Assembly: GCA_030430245.1 (NCBI GenBank)
Contig: JAUIFY010000001.1
Span: 12,878-76,877, forward strand
Direction: 5' to 3'
Origin: a bacterium
Lineage (GTDB): Bacteria > Desulfobacterota > Binatia > UBA12015
DNA length: 64,000 bases
Each line of letters opens with the position of its first letter. The stretch's first letter is position 1. Positions 1 to 7,946 of this stretch are shown here, piece after piece. The translations under genes were made by a program, and so were the position numbers. The notes beneath the pieces were generated by a model. It worked only from the letters and a program-made list of their open reading frames with translations, ran no database searches and was not told the origin of the DNA.

Positions 1-1491
1 CGTTCCGATGTTCTCGTAGTGGAGCGTGTACGTGATCCGTTGACCGGCGCTCGTGATGCCGTGTCCGAACACGTTCACGGGGGGATCGGCCTCCTTGTAG
101 TTCGGGTCGACCGGCATGCCCATCCACGTGAGCGCGCCCGTCTGCTCCTGGCTCACCTGGCACTCGGGCGGAAGGCTGCTCAGCTGAGCGAAGGCATCCT
201 GGACGCAATCGGTCGCCGTCTGCAGCCACTCCGCCGTGTTGGACGGGGGCGGGTCGCAGCAGACCTGGTCCATGCTGAGGCTCACTCCGCCGCAGGCGGT
301 CGGGAACGAGCAGGGCCGCGACTCGGAGTCGGGAAGCTCGTCGGGGGCACCCTCGCGCGTGATGAGGTTGCCGCACGAATCGAGAACGCCCACGCCCGGT
401 AGATGTACGAGCCCGCCCCAGCAGATCGGACTCGGGGGCGCCGGGGGGGTGGGCGGGCGACACCGTGGATGGGAGCCGCACTCGGAGTCGCTGCAGTCCG
501 GTCGCCCGTCGCAATCGTCGTCGTAGGCGTTCGTGCAGATCTCGCCAAGGCCCGCACGCGACGCGCTGTCGAAGCGGACGCTCGACGTCGCGACGTTGTT
601 CGCGCCGTCGAAATCGAGTGCCGTCCCCGTCGCGACCGCGACGTTCGTGAGAACGGAGTTGCAGTAGGTGCCGTCACCGAACGGAGGCGGCAGGATCTCG
701 ACGGTCGGCGTGTGGCTGCCGCCCAGGGGCAGGTCCGCGAGGGCCATTCCGACGACGGGATGAGCCGGGCCCGCGTTCAACACCGTGGTCGCGACGCTCG
801 ACGAAGCGAGCGCCGAGAGCTGCGGCAGGAAGTCGACCACCTGAACGCCGGTCGCGGTGTCGGGGCCGAGGTTGGAGACGCCGAGGTCGAAGCGGGTGGT
901 CGCGAGGTCGGTGTACGGGTCGAGGGCGTTCTTGACCGAGGCCAAGTCGGCCTCGTCGGTCGGGGGCGGCGTGATGGAGGCGACGAAGTGCATGTCGCTC
1001 CACCAGGCAGCGAAGCACTGGCCGTTCAGGACGGCCGAGTCGATCGCGCCGATGTTCGCGGCGCCCAGCAGCGGACTGAAGCCGCCGAACGGGAACTGGA
1101 AGCTCTCGGTGTTCGCGCTTCCGTTGAACTCGGCCTGACCGGCGCACTCGGCCCCGAGGTAGCCGAAGCCCACCGCACCGACGGGTGGGCTGAAGTCGAT
1201 CGTCACACCGTCGGGCCAGAAGCTCGCGAGGCGGGGAGCGCCGTCGGTCAACCCTCCCGCGGCGGTCGTCGTGAACGTGATGGTCACGCCGTTGCGCACG
1301 ATCGTGTGGGTCATCTGTCCCGGGACCACCCCGAAGCTCGCGTCGAACGGCACGACCGTCGCGCCGGCGAGCTCGGGAGCCGTGGGACTGAACAGGAGCG
1401 TCGCCTCGGCCGGGAGCGGGCTCCCGGCCGTGACCATGAGGATGCAGAGTGCGCTCCAGCCCAAGAGAATGCTTCTGCCACTCGTCTTCAT
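1..1491 (-). CDS. Secreted cell-surface repeat protein, 5'-partial at window edge (signal peptide, DUF11-like beta repeat, Cys/Asp-rich patch)
   Basis: Hand translation of the minus frame that is absent from the ORF track because it runs off the edge. ATG at 1491..1489 gives [30 protein letters not shown] (signal peptide), then 497 codons with no stop down to nt 1. The window-edge segment reads [15 protein letters not shown] (DUF11-like). Contains [27 protein letters not shown]. Confidence 0.6.
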   Translation of the reverse strand, partial: MKTSGRSILLGWSALCILMVTAGSPLPAEATLLFSPTAPELAGATVVPFDASFGVVPGQMTHTIVRNGVTITFTTTAAGGLTDGAPRLASFWPDGVTIDFSPPVGAVGFGYLGAECAGQAEFNGSANTESFQFPFGGFSPLLGAANIGAIDSAVLNGQCFAAWWSDMHFVASITPPPTDEADLASVKNALDPYTDLATTRFDLGVSNLGPDTATGVQVVDFLPQLSALASSSVATTVLNAGPAHPVVGMALADLPLGGSHTPTVEILPPPFGDGTYCNSVLTNVAVATGTALDFDGANNVATSSVRFDSASRAGLGEICTNAYDDDCDGRPDCSDSECGSHPRCRPPTPPAPPSPICWGGLVHLPGVGVLDSCGNLITREGAPDELPDSESRPCSFPTACGGVSLSMDQVCCDPPPSNTAEWLQTATDCVQDAFAQLSSLPPECQVSQEQTGALTWMGMPVDPNYKEADPPVNVFGHGITSAGQRITYTLHYENIGT

Positions 1492-1783
1492 CGTCGTTCC
1501 TCCGCTGTCGTCCCGCGGTTCCCGCGGGTGCTGCGACGACGTTCGGGCAGGTCGCCGCGCGGGACCATCCTCGGAAATGGGGAGGGGGCGACGAGGGCCC
1601 GCCAGGCCTGCGCTCGCCGCGGAGGCCTCCCCAGAATTGGGGAGGCCTCTCTCGGGTCGGCGGGGTCGCGGCGGGAGGGGCGGCACTGGAAGTGGAGCCG
1701 ACTCTCGGCGTATGGGCAGGGCGAGATCGCGGACGCCGTCCGCGACCGATCGTTTCTACGAGGAACGCAGAGGAGAAGATCGC

Positions 1784-2185
1784 ATGAGCATGGTCCAGGA
1801 GTTCAAAGAGTTCGCGATGCGCGGCAACGTCATCGACATGGCCGTCGGTGTCATCGTGGGCGGAGCGTTCGGGAAGATCACGACGTCGCTGGTGAACGAC
1901 GTGGTCATGCCGCCGATCGGTTACGTGTTGGGCAACGTCGATTTCAGCGACCTCGCGGTCGTGCTCGTGCCGAAGGCGGAGGGGGTCGACGAAGTCGCGA
2001 TCAACTACGGTCTCTTCCTGAACAACGTCATCAACTTCCTCATCATCGCCTTCAGCATCTTCGTCGTCGTGAAGGGCATCAACTCCCTGAAGCGCAAGGA
2101 GGAGGCGAAGCCGGAGGAGCCGCCCGCGCCATCGAAGGAGGAGGTGCTCCTGACCGAGATCCGGGACGCGCTCCAGAGCCGCTGA
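1784..2185 (+). CDS. mscL: Large-conductance mechanosensitive channel MscL
   Basis: [47 protein letters not shown]... is the canonical MscL N-terminus and TM1. 133 aa. aggagaag Shine-Dalgarno upstream. It is the last 133 aa of track ORF 1271..2185. Confidence 0.9.
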   Translation: MSMVQEFKEFAMRGNVIDMAVGVIVGGAFGKITTSLVNDVVMPPIGYVLGNVDFSDLAVVLVPKAEGVDEVAINYGLFLNNVINFLIIAFSIFVVVKGINSLKRKEEAKPEEPPAPSKEEVLLTEIRDALQSR

Positions 2186-2216
2186 TCGGACCCTTACGAT
2201 ACGTCAGTGGCCGACT

Positions 2217-2237
2217 TTAGTATCTCTTGAATACTAA
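2217..2237. promoter_or_regulatory. Perfect inverted repeat TTAGTAT-N7-ATACTAA in an AT-rich patch upstream of the HxlR-family gene, candidate operator
   Basis: Seen in sequence: ttagtat ctcttga atactaa. The surrounding 2186..2256 is locally AT-rich in a ~70% GC window. Confidence 0.4.
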
Positions 2238-2256
2238 CATCGTTGTCATGTAGATA

Positions 2257-3015
2257 GTGAGGGTGCCGTCGGGCTCCCCTCAGGCCGCAAAGGCCGTCGG
2301 AGTTCCGCGGCCGGGTCAGATCTTCGATCCGGTCGCGCGAGCTCTCGACGTGATCGGCGATCGCTGGACCCTCGTTCTCGTGCGCCAGCTGATCGGAGGC
2401 GCGAAGGGGTTCACCGAGCTCCGGCAACGCACGGGAATCGCCCCCCGGGTGCTCTCGGGGCGCCTGCGCCAGTTGACGACCGACGGGTTCGTCGAGCAGG
2501 TCGAGAACGGCGCGCGCTCCGTCTACGCGGTGACGGAGCGCGGGCGCTCGCTCGAGCCCCTGATCTCCTCTCTCGCTCGCTGGTGGATTCACCACGGAAT
2601 CCAGGAGCTGGCGATCGACGTCGACCGTTTCAATGCGACGTCTCCGCAATCGATTCTGGAATCCCTCCCGTTCCTCCTCCGCGAGGAGCGCGCGATGGGT
2701 GAGAACGTCGTCTTCGAGATTCGCCTTCAGGGTGAAGGAGGCGGCGTGTGGTCCGTGGCGATTCGCGACGGACGCTGTGAGGTCGCGCGCGGTTTCGCCG
2801 AGCGCGCGGACGTTCGGTACACCGCCGATGCGAGCGCATGGTGCGGTGTTGCGCTGGGCCTGCTCGACGCACGCGACGTGGTCAAGAAGGGCCTCATGAC
2901 GAAGGACGGGGGCTCTCAGGCCCTCGACCACTACTTCCACCAGCCCACGGCTCTCAGCGGCGGTGGCGCGGGGCGTGAAAAGAAGGCGCGCTCCGAAAGG
3001 AGGAAAGCACCATGA
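2257..3015 (+). CDS. HxlR-family winged-helix transcriptional regulator fused to a C-terminal SCP2-like (sterol carrier / lipid-binding) domain
   Basis: GTG start. VIGDRWTLVLVRQL...FTEL matches the HxlR (DUF24) helix. C-terminal VVFEIRLQGEGGGVWSVAIRDGRCEVARGFAERADVRYTADASAWCGVALGLLDARDVVKKGLMTKDGGSQAL fits an SCP2 fold. Stop overlaps the next gene's ATG (ATGA). Confidence 0.7.
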   Translation: MRVPSGSPQAAKAVGVPRPGQIFDPVARALDVIGDRWTLVLVRQLIGGAKGFTELRQRTGIAPRVLSGRLRQLTTDGFVEQVENGARSVYAVTERGRSLEPLISSLARWWIHHGIQELAIDVDRFNATSPQSILESLPFLLREERAMGENVVFEIRLQGEGGGVWSVAIRDGRCEVARGFAERADVRYTADASAWCGVALGLLDARDVVKKGLMTKDGGSQALDHYFHQPTALSGGGAGREKKARSERRKAP

Positions 3016-4109
3016 TCTCGTTCGGGTTGACCGAAGAGCAAGATGCGATTCGCGGAGCGATTCGCGAGTTCGCGCAAGGAGTGGTTCGACCCCTCGCGCG
3101 CGATTGTGACGAGCAGTCGAAGCTTCCCGACGACTTCCTGCAACAGGTGTGGGAGCTCGGTCTCACGACGACGCAGGTGCCGGAAGCGTTCGGCGGCATG
3201 GGCGCGGATCGGTCGCAGACGACGACGGCGATCGCGCTCGAGGAGCTCGCGTACGGCGATGCCGGGCTCGCGGTGGCCGCTCTCGCTCCGTCGGGGTTCG
3301 TGAACGCGCTCCTGGATCACGGCACCGAGGAGCAGAAGCAGCGCCTGCTTCCCGGGCTCTGCGGCACCGAGTTCGCGTGTGGCACGTTGGCCGTCGTCGA
3401 GCCCGGCGCCATGGCCGACGCGTCGAGGCCGAAGACGACGGCGACGGCGAAGAGCGGGGGCTACGTCCTGAAGGGGACGAAGCGCTTCGTCCCGTTCGGG
3501 GATCGCGCGACGCACTTCCTGGTGGTTGCGGCGCTCGACAGCGAGATCGCCGCCTTCATCGTCGCCCGCGACGCGGCCGGACTGACGATCGGCGCCGAGG
3601 CCGAGAAGAATCTCGGCCTGCGGGCCGTGCCCGTGCACACGCTCGAGCTCGACGGCGTCGAGGTGTCCGACGGCGATCGTCTGGGTGGCTCGGCCGGGGG
3701 CAACGTCCGCGCTCTGCTCGACACCAGCCGCGCCGCACTCGCCTCGTGTCTGGTGGGCGTCGCGCGGGCGGCGGTGGAGTACTGTGTCCCGTACGCGAAA
3801 GAGCGCGTGGCGTTCGGCGAGGAGATCGCGAAGAAGCAGGCGATCGCCTTCATGCTCGCCGAGTCGCACACCGAGGTCGAGGCGATGCGCTGGCTCGTAT
3901 GGCAGGCCGCCTCGAAGCTGGAGAAGGGGCTGGACGCGACGAAGGCCAGCTACCAGGCGTGGAGCTATGCCGGCGAGAAGGGCCTCTGGGTCGCCGACAA
4001 CGGCATTCAGGTGCTGGGTGGTCACGGCTTCACCCGTGAGCACCCGGTCGAGCTGTGGTTCCGCAGTGCGCGCACGCTCGGCGTGCTCGAAGGCACCGTG
4101 TCCATCTAA
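3012..4109 (+). CDS. Acyl-CoA dehydrogenase family protein (first subunit of a tandem ACAD pair)
   Basis: MISFGLTEEQDAIRGAIREFAQ...GGMGADRSQTTTAIALEELAYGDAG...VLGGHGFTREHPVELWFRSARTLGVLEGT is the ACAD N-terminal, middle and C-terminal domain pattern. 365 aa. Confidence 0.8.
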   Translation: MISFGLTEEQDAIRGAIREFAQGVVRPLARDCDEQSKLPDDFLQQVWELGLTTTQVPEAFGGMGADRSQTTTAIALEELAYGDAGLAVAALAPSGFVNALLDHGTEEQKQRLLPGLCGTEFACGTLAVVEPGAMADASRPKTTATAKSGGYVLKGTKRFVPFGDRATHFLVVAALDSEIAAFIVARDAAGLTIGAEAEKNLGLRAVPVHTLELDGVEVSDGDRLGGSAGGNVRALLDTSRAALASCLVGVARAAVEYCVPYAKERVAFGEEIAKKQAIAFMLAESHTEVEAMRWLVWQAASKLEKGLDATKASYQAWSYAGEKGLWVADNGIQVLGGHGFTREHPVELWFRSARTLGVLEGTVSI

Positions 4110-4122
4110 GGGAGACCATCTG

Positions 4123-5307
4123 ATGATCAGTTTCGAATTGAGCGAGTACGACCGCGCGAAGCTCGACGCCATCAAGGAAGAGGGGCTCATCTGCCGCAAG
4201 TACGCGCGGTACTACGACGAGCACGAGGAGACCGAGATTCCGCCGGACGAGCTGCCGGAGGCGAAGGACTTCGCGCCGACGCCGAATCTGGCCTCGAGGC
4301 AGAGCGAGGAGGACTCGGGCCCGTCGGTGATGGCGATGCTCTACACCGTCTACCGGTGCTGGGGCGACTACGCCGTGAAGCTGCGTCAGCCGAAGGCGGG
4401 CGGACTGGGCAACGCCGCGCTGATGGCGGCAGGCACCGACGAGCAGAAGCAGCGATGGATCAACAACTTTCTCGCGATGGCGATCACCGAGCCGGGCTGC
4501 GGCTCCGATCCGTCGCGCGTCACGGCCTCGGCGGTTCTCGACGAAGAGACGAACGAGTGGATCCTGAACGGAGAGAAGATCTTCGTGACGGGAGGTGTTC
4601 GCGCCGACGGCGTCGTGATGTGGGCGACGGTCGACAAGTCGGCGGGCCGCGCCGGAATCAAGTCGTTCCTGGTGATGAAGGGGACGCCCGGCTTCGAGGT
4701 GGCGAAGAAGGAGAAGAAGCTCGGCATCCGCGGTGAGGATACCGCGACGTACGTCTTCTCCGACTGCCGGATTCCGCGTGACCAGCTCCTCGGGGGCAAC
4801 GAAGAGGTTCAGAAGAAGGGCTCGGGCGGCTTCCGGGGCGTGATGAAGACCTTCAACATGACGCGCCCCGCAGTGGCGGCGTTCGGAATCGGCATCTCCG
4901 AGGCGGCGCTGGACTTCACGCGCGAAGAGCTCGAGAAGGCCGGGGTGGATCTGGACTATGGCGCGGGGATGGGCAATCGGTCCGCCGTCGCCGAGAAGTT
5001 CATGAAGCTCGAGGCGCTGCACGAGGCGAGCAAGCTCACGGTTCTCCGTGCCGCCTGGCTCGCGGACCAGGGCCAGCCGAACAACATGGAGTCCTCCGTG
5101 TGCAAGGCGCACGCGGGGTCGGCCGTGCGGGAGATCACGCAGGGGTGCATCGACATCCTGGGGCCGCTCGGCGTGTCGCGCGACAACCTCGTCGAGAAAT
5201 GGATGCGCGATTGCCGCATCATCGACATCTACGAGGGGACGGGGCAGATTCAGCGACTCATCATCGCGCGCGGTCTGTTCGACTACACCCGCGACGACCT
5301 GAACTGA
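4123..5307 (+). CDS. Acyl-CoA dehydrogenase family protein (second subunit of a tandem ACAD pair)
   Basis: The internal ATG (MISFELSEYDRAKLDAIKEEG...) of track ORF 3685..5307 has an aagggagacc RBS. AITEPGCGSDPSRV, YEGTGQIQRLIIAR are ACAD signatures. 394 aa. Confidence 0.8.
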   Translation: MISFELSEYDRAKLDAIKEEGLICRKYARYYDEHEETEIPPDELPEAKDFAPTPNLASRQSEEDSGPSVMAMLYTVYRCWGDYAVKLRQPKAGGLGNAALMAAGTDEQKQRWINNFLAMAITEPGCGSDPSRVTASAVLDEETNEWILNGEKIFVTGGVRADGVVMWATVDKSAGRAGIKSFLVMKGTPGFEVAKKEKKLGIRGEDTATYVFSDCRIPRDQLLGGNEEVQKKGSGGFRGVMKTFNMTRPAVAAFGIGISEAALDFTREELEKAGVDLDYGAGMGNRSAVAEKFMKLEALHEASKLTVLRAAWLADQGQPNNMESSVCKAHAGSAVREITQGCIDILGPLGVSRDNLVEKWMRDCRIIDIYEGTGQIQRLIIARGLFDYTRDDLN

Positions 5308-5501
5308 CCGACGGTATCCGTTCGTTCGGTTCTCGCGGCCGTCGCTCCGTGCGGGGCGGCGGCCGCGTTGCGTTCGGGCGGGGATTCTTCGCGGCCCGCA
5401 GCCCCGCGTCGCGTCGTCGGTACCTCGCGGGCGGCTCTTTCGCCCGTCGGGGTGCCTGGTAACCTCTGCCGAGGTCACGCACTGGGGTTCGCCGCGGCAC
5501 G

Positions 5502-6902
5502 ATGCTCTTCAACTCCCTTCAGTTCGTCGGGTTTCTGCTCGTCGTCCTCACGGTTCACTTCTGGGTCATCCCGGCGTCGCAGGAGCGGGCGCGGCGGCTC
5601 TTTCTCCTGCTCGCGAGCTACGTCTTCTACGGCTCGTGGAATCCGCCGTTCGTCCTCCTCCTCCTCTACTCGACGGTTCTCGACTACGCCGTCGCCCTCC
5701 GGATGGCGCGCACCGAGTCGAGGGCGGGGCGCCGTGGTCTCCTGGGGCTCAGCTTGCTGGGCAACCTCGGCGTTCTCGCCTTCTTCAAGTACGGCAACTT
5801 CCTCGCGGAGACCTACCTGACGCTCGTCTCGCTCGGCCCGGCCCAGCAGAGTGGGCCGGTCGTGGACGTCATCCTCCCCGTCGGGATCTCGTTCTACACG
5901 TTCCAGAGCCTCAGCTACTCGATGGACGTTTACCGGGGGCGCCTCGAGCCGGCGAAGAGCTTCTGGGACCTGGCGCTCTACGTTTCGTTCTTCCCGCAGC
6001 TGGTGGCCGGGCCGATCGTGCGTGCGCGGGAGTTCCTTCCCCAGCTCGAACGCGAGCGCGTCGTTCGGGGCGCGGACGTCGAGTCGAGCCTGGCTCGCAT
6101 CGCGGGCGGGTTGATCAAGAAGGTCGTGTTCGCCGACACCCTCGCGCTCTACGTGGACCAGGTGTGGGCGGACCCGAGCGCGCACGGCGGGCCGGGTTTG
6201 CTTCTCGCGGCGTATGCGTTCGCCTATCAGATCTACTTCGACTTCTCGGGGTACTCGGACATGGCGATCGGGCTCGCACGGCTGTTCGGATTCGAGCTGC
6301 CGGAGAACTTCCTGCGGCCGTACCTCTCGTCGAGTCCGCGGGAGTTCTGGCGCCGCTGGCACGTGACCCTGTCTTCGTGGCTGCGCGACTATCTCTACAT
6401 CTCGCTCGGCGGAAATCGCGGCTCGGAGGCGAGGACGCGGCTGAACCTCCTGATCACCATGTTGCTGGGCGGCCTCTGGCACGGGGCGGGCTGGGCGTTC
6501 GTCGTCTGGGGCGGGTTCCACGGGGGCTTGCTCGTCGCGCAGCGTTGGGCGACCCCGCGCTTTCCGGCGCTCGGCGCGCTGCCGGGTTGGGTTCGAGTCG
6601 GCATCACGTTCCATCTCGTGGTCGTCGGCTGGATTTTCTTCCGGTCGCCGGATCTCTCGACGGCCGGGCAGTTCTTCGCCGGGCTGGTCCGGCCGGGCTT
6701 CGAGCCGAATCCGGACGTGATTCGGGCTCTCGCGGTGCTCTCCGTGGCCGCCCTCGCGCACGTGGTCGGAGTGCCCCAACAATGGCAGCGCGGCCTGGCC
6801 CGTCGGGGTCCGTGGGTCCAGGGCGTCGCGTACGCGTGCGTGGCGGTCCTGGTCTACTTGTTCTCGCCGGCGACGAACCAGTTCATCTACTTCCAGTTCT
6901 GA
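5502..6902 (+). CDS. MBOAT-family membrane-bound O-acyltransferase (AlgI/PatA/DltB-like)
   Basis: MLFNSLQFVGFLLVV... multi-TM protein. FYTFQSLSYSMDVYRG and WRRWHVTLSSWLRDYLYISLGGNRG...WHG carry the MBOAT conserved His region. Confidence 0.8.
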   Translation: MLFNSLQFVGFLLVVLTVHFWVIPASQERARRLFLLLASYVFYGSWNPPFVLLLLYSTVLDYAVALRMARTESRAGRRGLLGLSLLGNLGVLAFFKYGNFLAETYLTLVSLGPAQQSGPVVDVILPVGISFYTFQSLSYSMDVYRGRLEPAKSFWDLALYVSFFPQLVAGPIVRAREFLPQLERERVVRGADVESSLARIAGGLIKKVVFADTLALYVDQVWADPSAHGGPGLLLAAYAFAYQIYFDFSGYSDMAIGLARLFGFELPENFLRPYLSSSPREFWRRWHVTLSSWLRDYLYISLGGNRGSEARTRLNLLITMLLGGLWHGAGWAFVVWGGFHGGLLVAQRWATPRFPALGALPGWVRVGITFHLVVVGWIFFRSPDLSTAGQFFAGLVRPGFEPNPDVIRALAVLSVAALAHVVGVPQQWQRGLARRGPWVQGVAYACVAVLVYLFSPATNQFIYFQF

Positions 6903-6914
6903 GAAGATCCTCTC

Positions 6915-7946
6915 GTGAGTCGACTCGTCACCATCGCCCTCGTTTTCGGCGCGTGTCTCGCGGCGTTCGTCGCCGTGGTTCTGTTGCGGGCCGGAGGCGA
7001 GGTCATGGAGGCGGGTGTTTTCCTGCGGCCGACGCGTGTCGAGCTCGGTGTCACCATGGAGCAGCTCGAGGAGAAGGACGCGCGGGTCGTCTGGCTCGGG
7101 GACTCCACGGTGCTCGATTCGATCGACATCCCATCCTACGCCGACATCGTCGCGGAGCGGATCGCGAAGTCGGGAGACGAGATGCCGCCCCACGGCGTGG
7201 TCGCGATGGTGGGCCTGGATTTCTACCACTACTACTGCATGCTGGGGCGAATCCTCGAGAGAAACCCCGAGGTGGTGGTGCTCGTGGCCCATCTGCGGAT
7301 GTTCGTCGATGGAGCACGCGCGTTCATGGATCTCTGCAGCTCCCTTCCACCGAGCGAGCTTCCCCGGGCGATGCTCCTTCCGTTTCGGGAGCGCGACGTC
7401 GGGCCTCTCGATCTGCTCGGATACCAGCTGCTGCGGCTGCCGGGCGCGGAGACGAGCTTCCTGGCGTACGAAGGGGCGCAGCGACTCTTCCAGGACAGGG
7501 ACCCGACGGGGCTGCTCGCCAAGACGCCGACCTACTTCGAGCGTCTCGGCATGGGCGGCCGGAAGCCGGCGTTGGAGTACCTGCGTTCGTACGCGCTCGA
7601 CCTGGATCGCGAGGATCCCGTGGTTCGAATGATGGGGGCCACCGTCGACATGGCGCGGCGTCACGGGGCCGAGGTGCTCGTCGTCGCGAGCCCGATTCCC
7701 TACGAGAAGCTGGAGGCGCGCGACTGGTATCGGCCGCAGACGATCGACGTCCTTCGCCGCGTCGTCGAGGAGAACGGAGGACACTTCTTCGACGGTCATC
7801 GGGTCCTCCAGAAGCGGCACTACCGCGACGAGTCGGGACACTACACGACCGAGGGCGCGGAGATCCTGGCGGAGGCTCTCGAGCCGACGCTGCGAGAGGT
7901 CCTGGAGGATGGTGCTTCGGCCGGACGTGCTACGGGGGCACCATGA
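6915..7946 (+). CDS. Membrane-anchored SGNH/GDSL-fold protein, AlgJ/AlgX/PatB/DltD-type partner of the MBOAT
   Basis: N-terminal TM segment MSRLVTIALVFGACLAAFVAVVLL. VVWLGDSTV is SGNH block I (GDS). DESGHYTTEGAEILA is block V (DxxH). Lies 12 nt after the MBOAT gene. Confidence 0.65.
   Translation: MSRLVTIALVFGACLAAFVAVVLLRAGGEVMEAGVFLRPTRVELGVTMEQLEEKDARVVWLGDSTVLDSIDIPSYADIVAERIAKSGDEMPPHGVVAMVGLDFYHYYCMLGRILERNPEVVVLVAHLRMFVDGARAFMDLCSSLPPSELPRAMLLPFRERDVGPLDLLGYQLLRLPGAETSFLAYEGAQRLFQDRDPTGLLAKTPTYFERLGMGGRKPALEYLRSYALDLDREDPVVRMMGATVDMARRHGAEVLVVASPIPYEKLEARDWYRPQTIDVLRRVVEENGGHFFDGHRVLQKRHYRDESGHYTTEGAEILAEALEPTLREVLEDGASAGRATGAP

Noticed and set aside
403-2220. 605-aa plus-strand ORF (and 674..1147 minus, 282..677 minus) covering the first 1.5 kb
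   Set aside because: Extreme Arg/Gly/Ala-rich composition typical of shadow frames. The real gene is the minus-strand secreted protein 1..1491. The 3' end of the ORF merely reads through mscL out of context.
5308-5501. GCGGCCG...CGGCCGC inverted repeat downstream of the ACAD pair as a terminator
   Set aside because: The loop is about 17 nt with no U-tract. GC-rich genomes give many such chance stems, so it is not reported as a feature.
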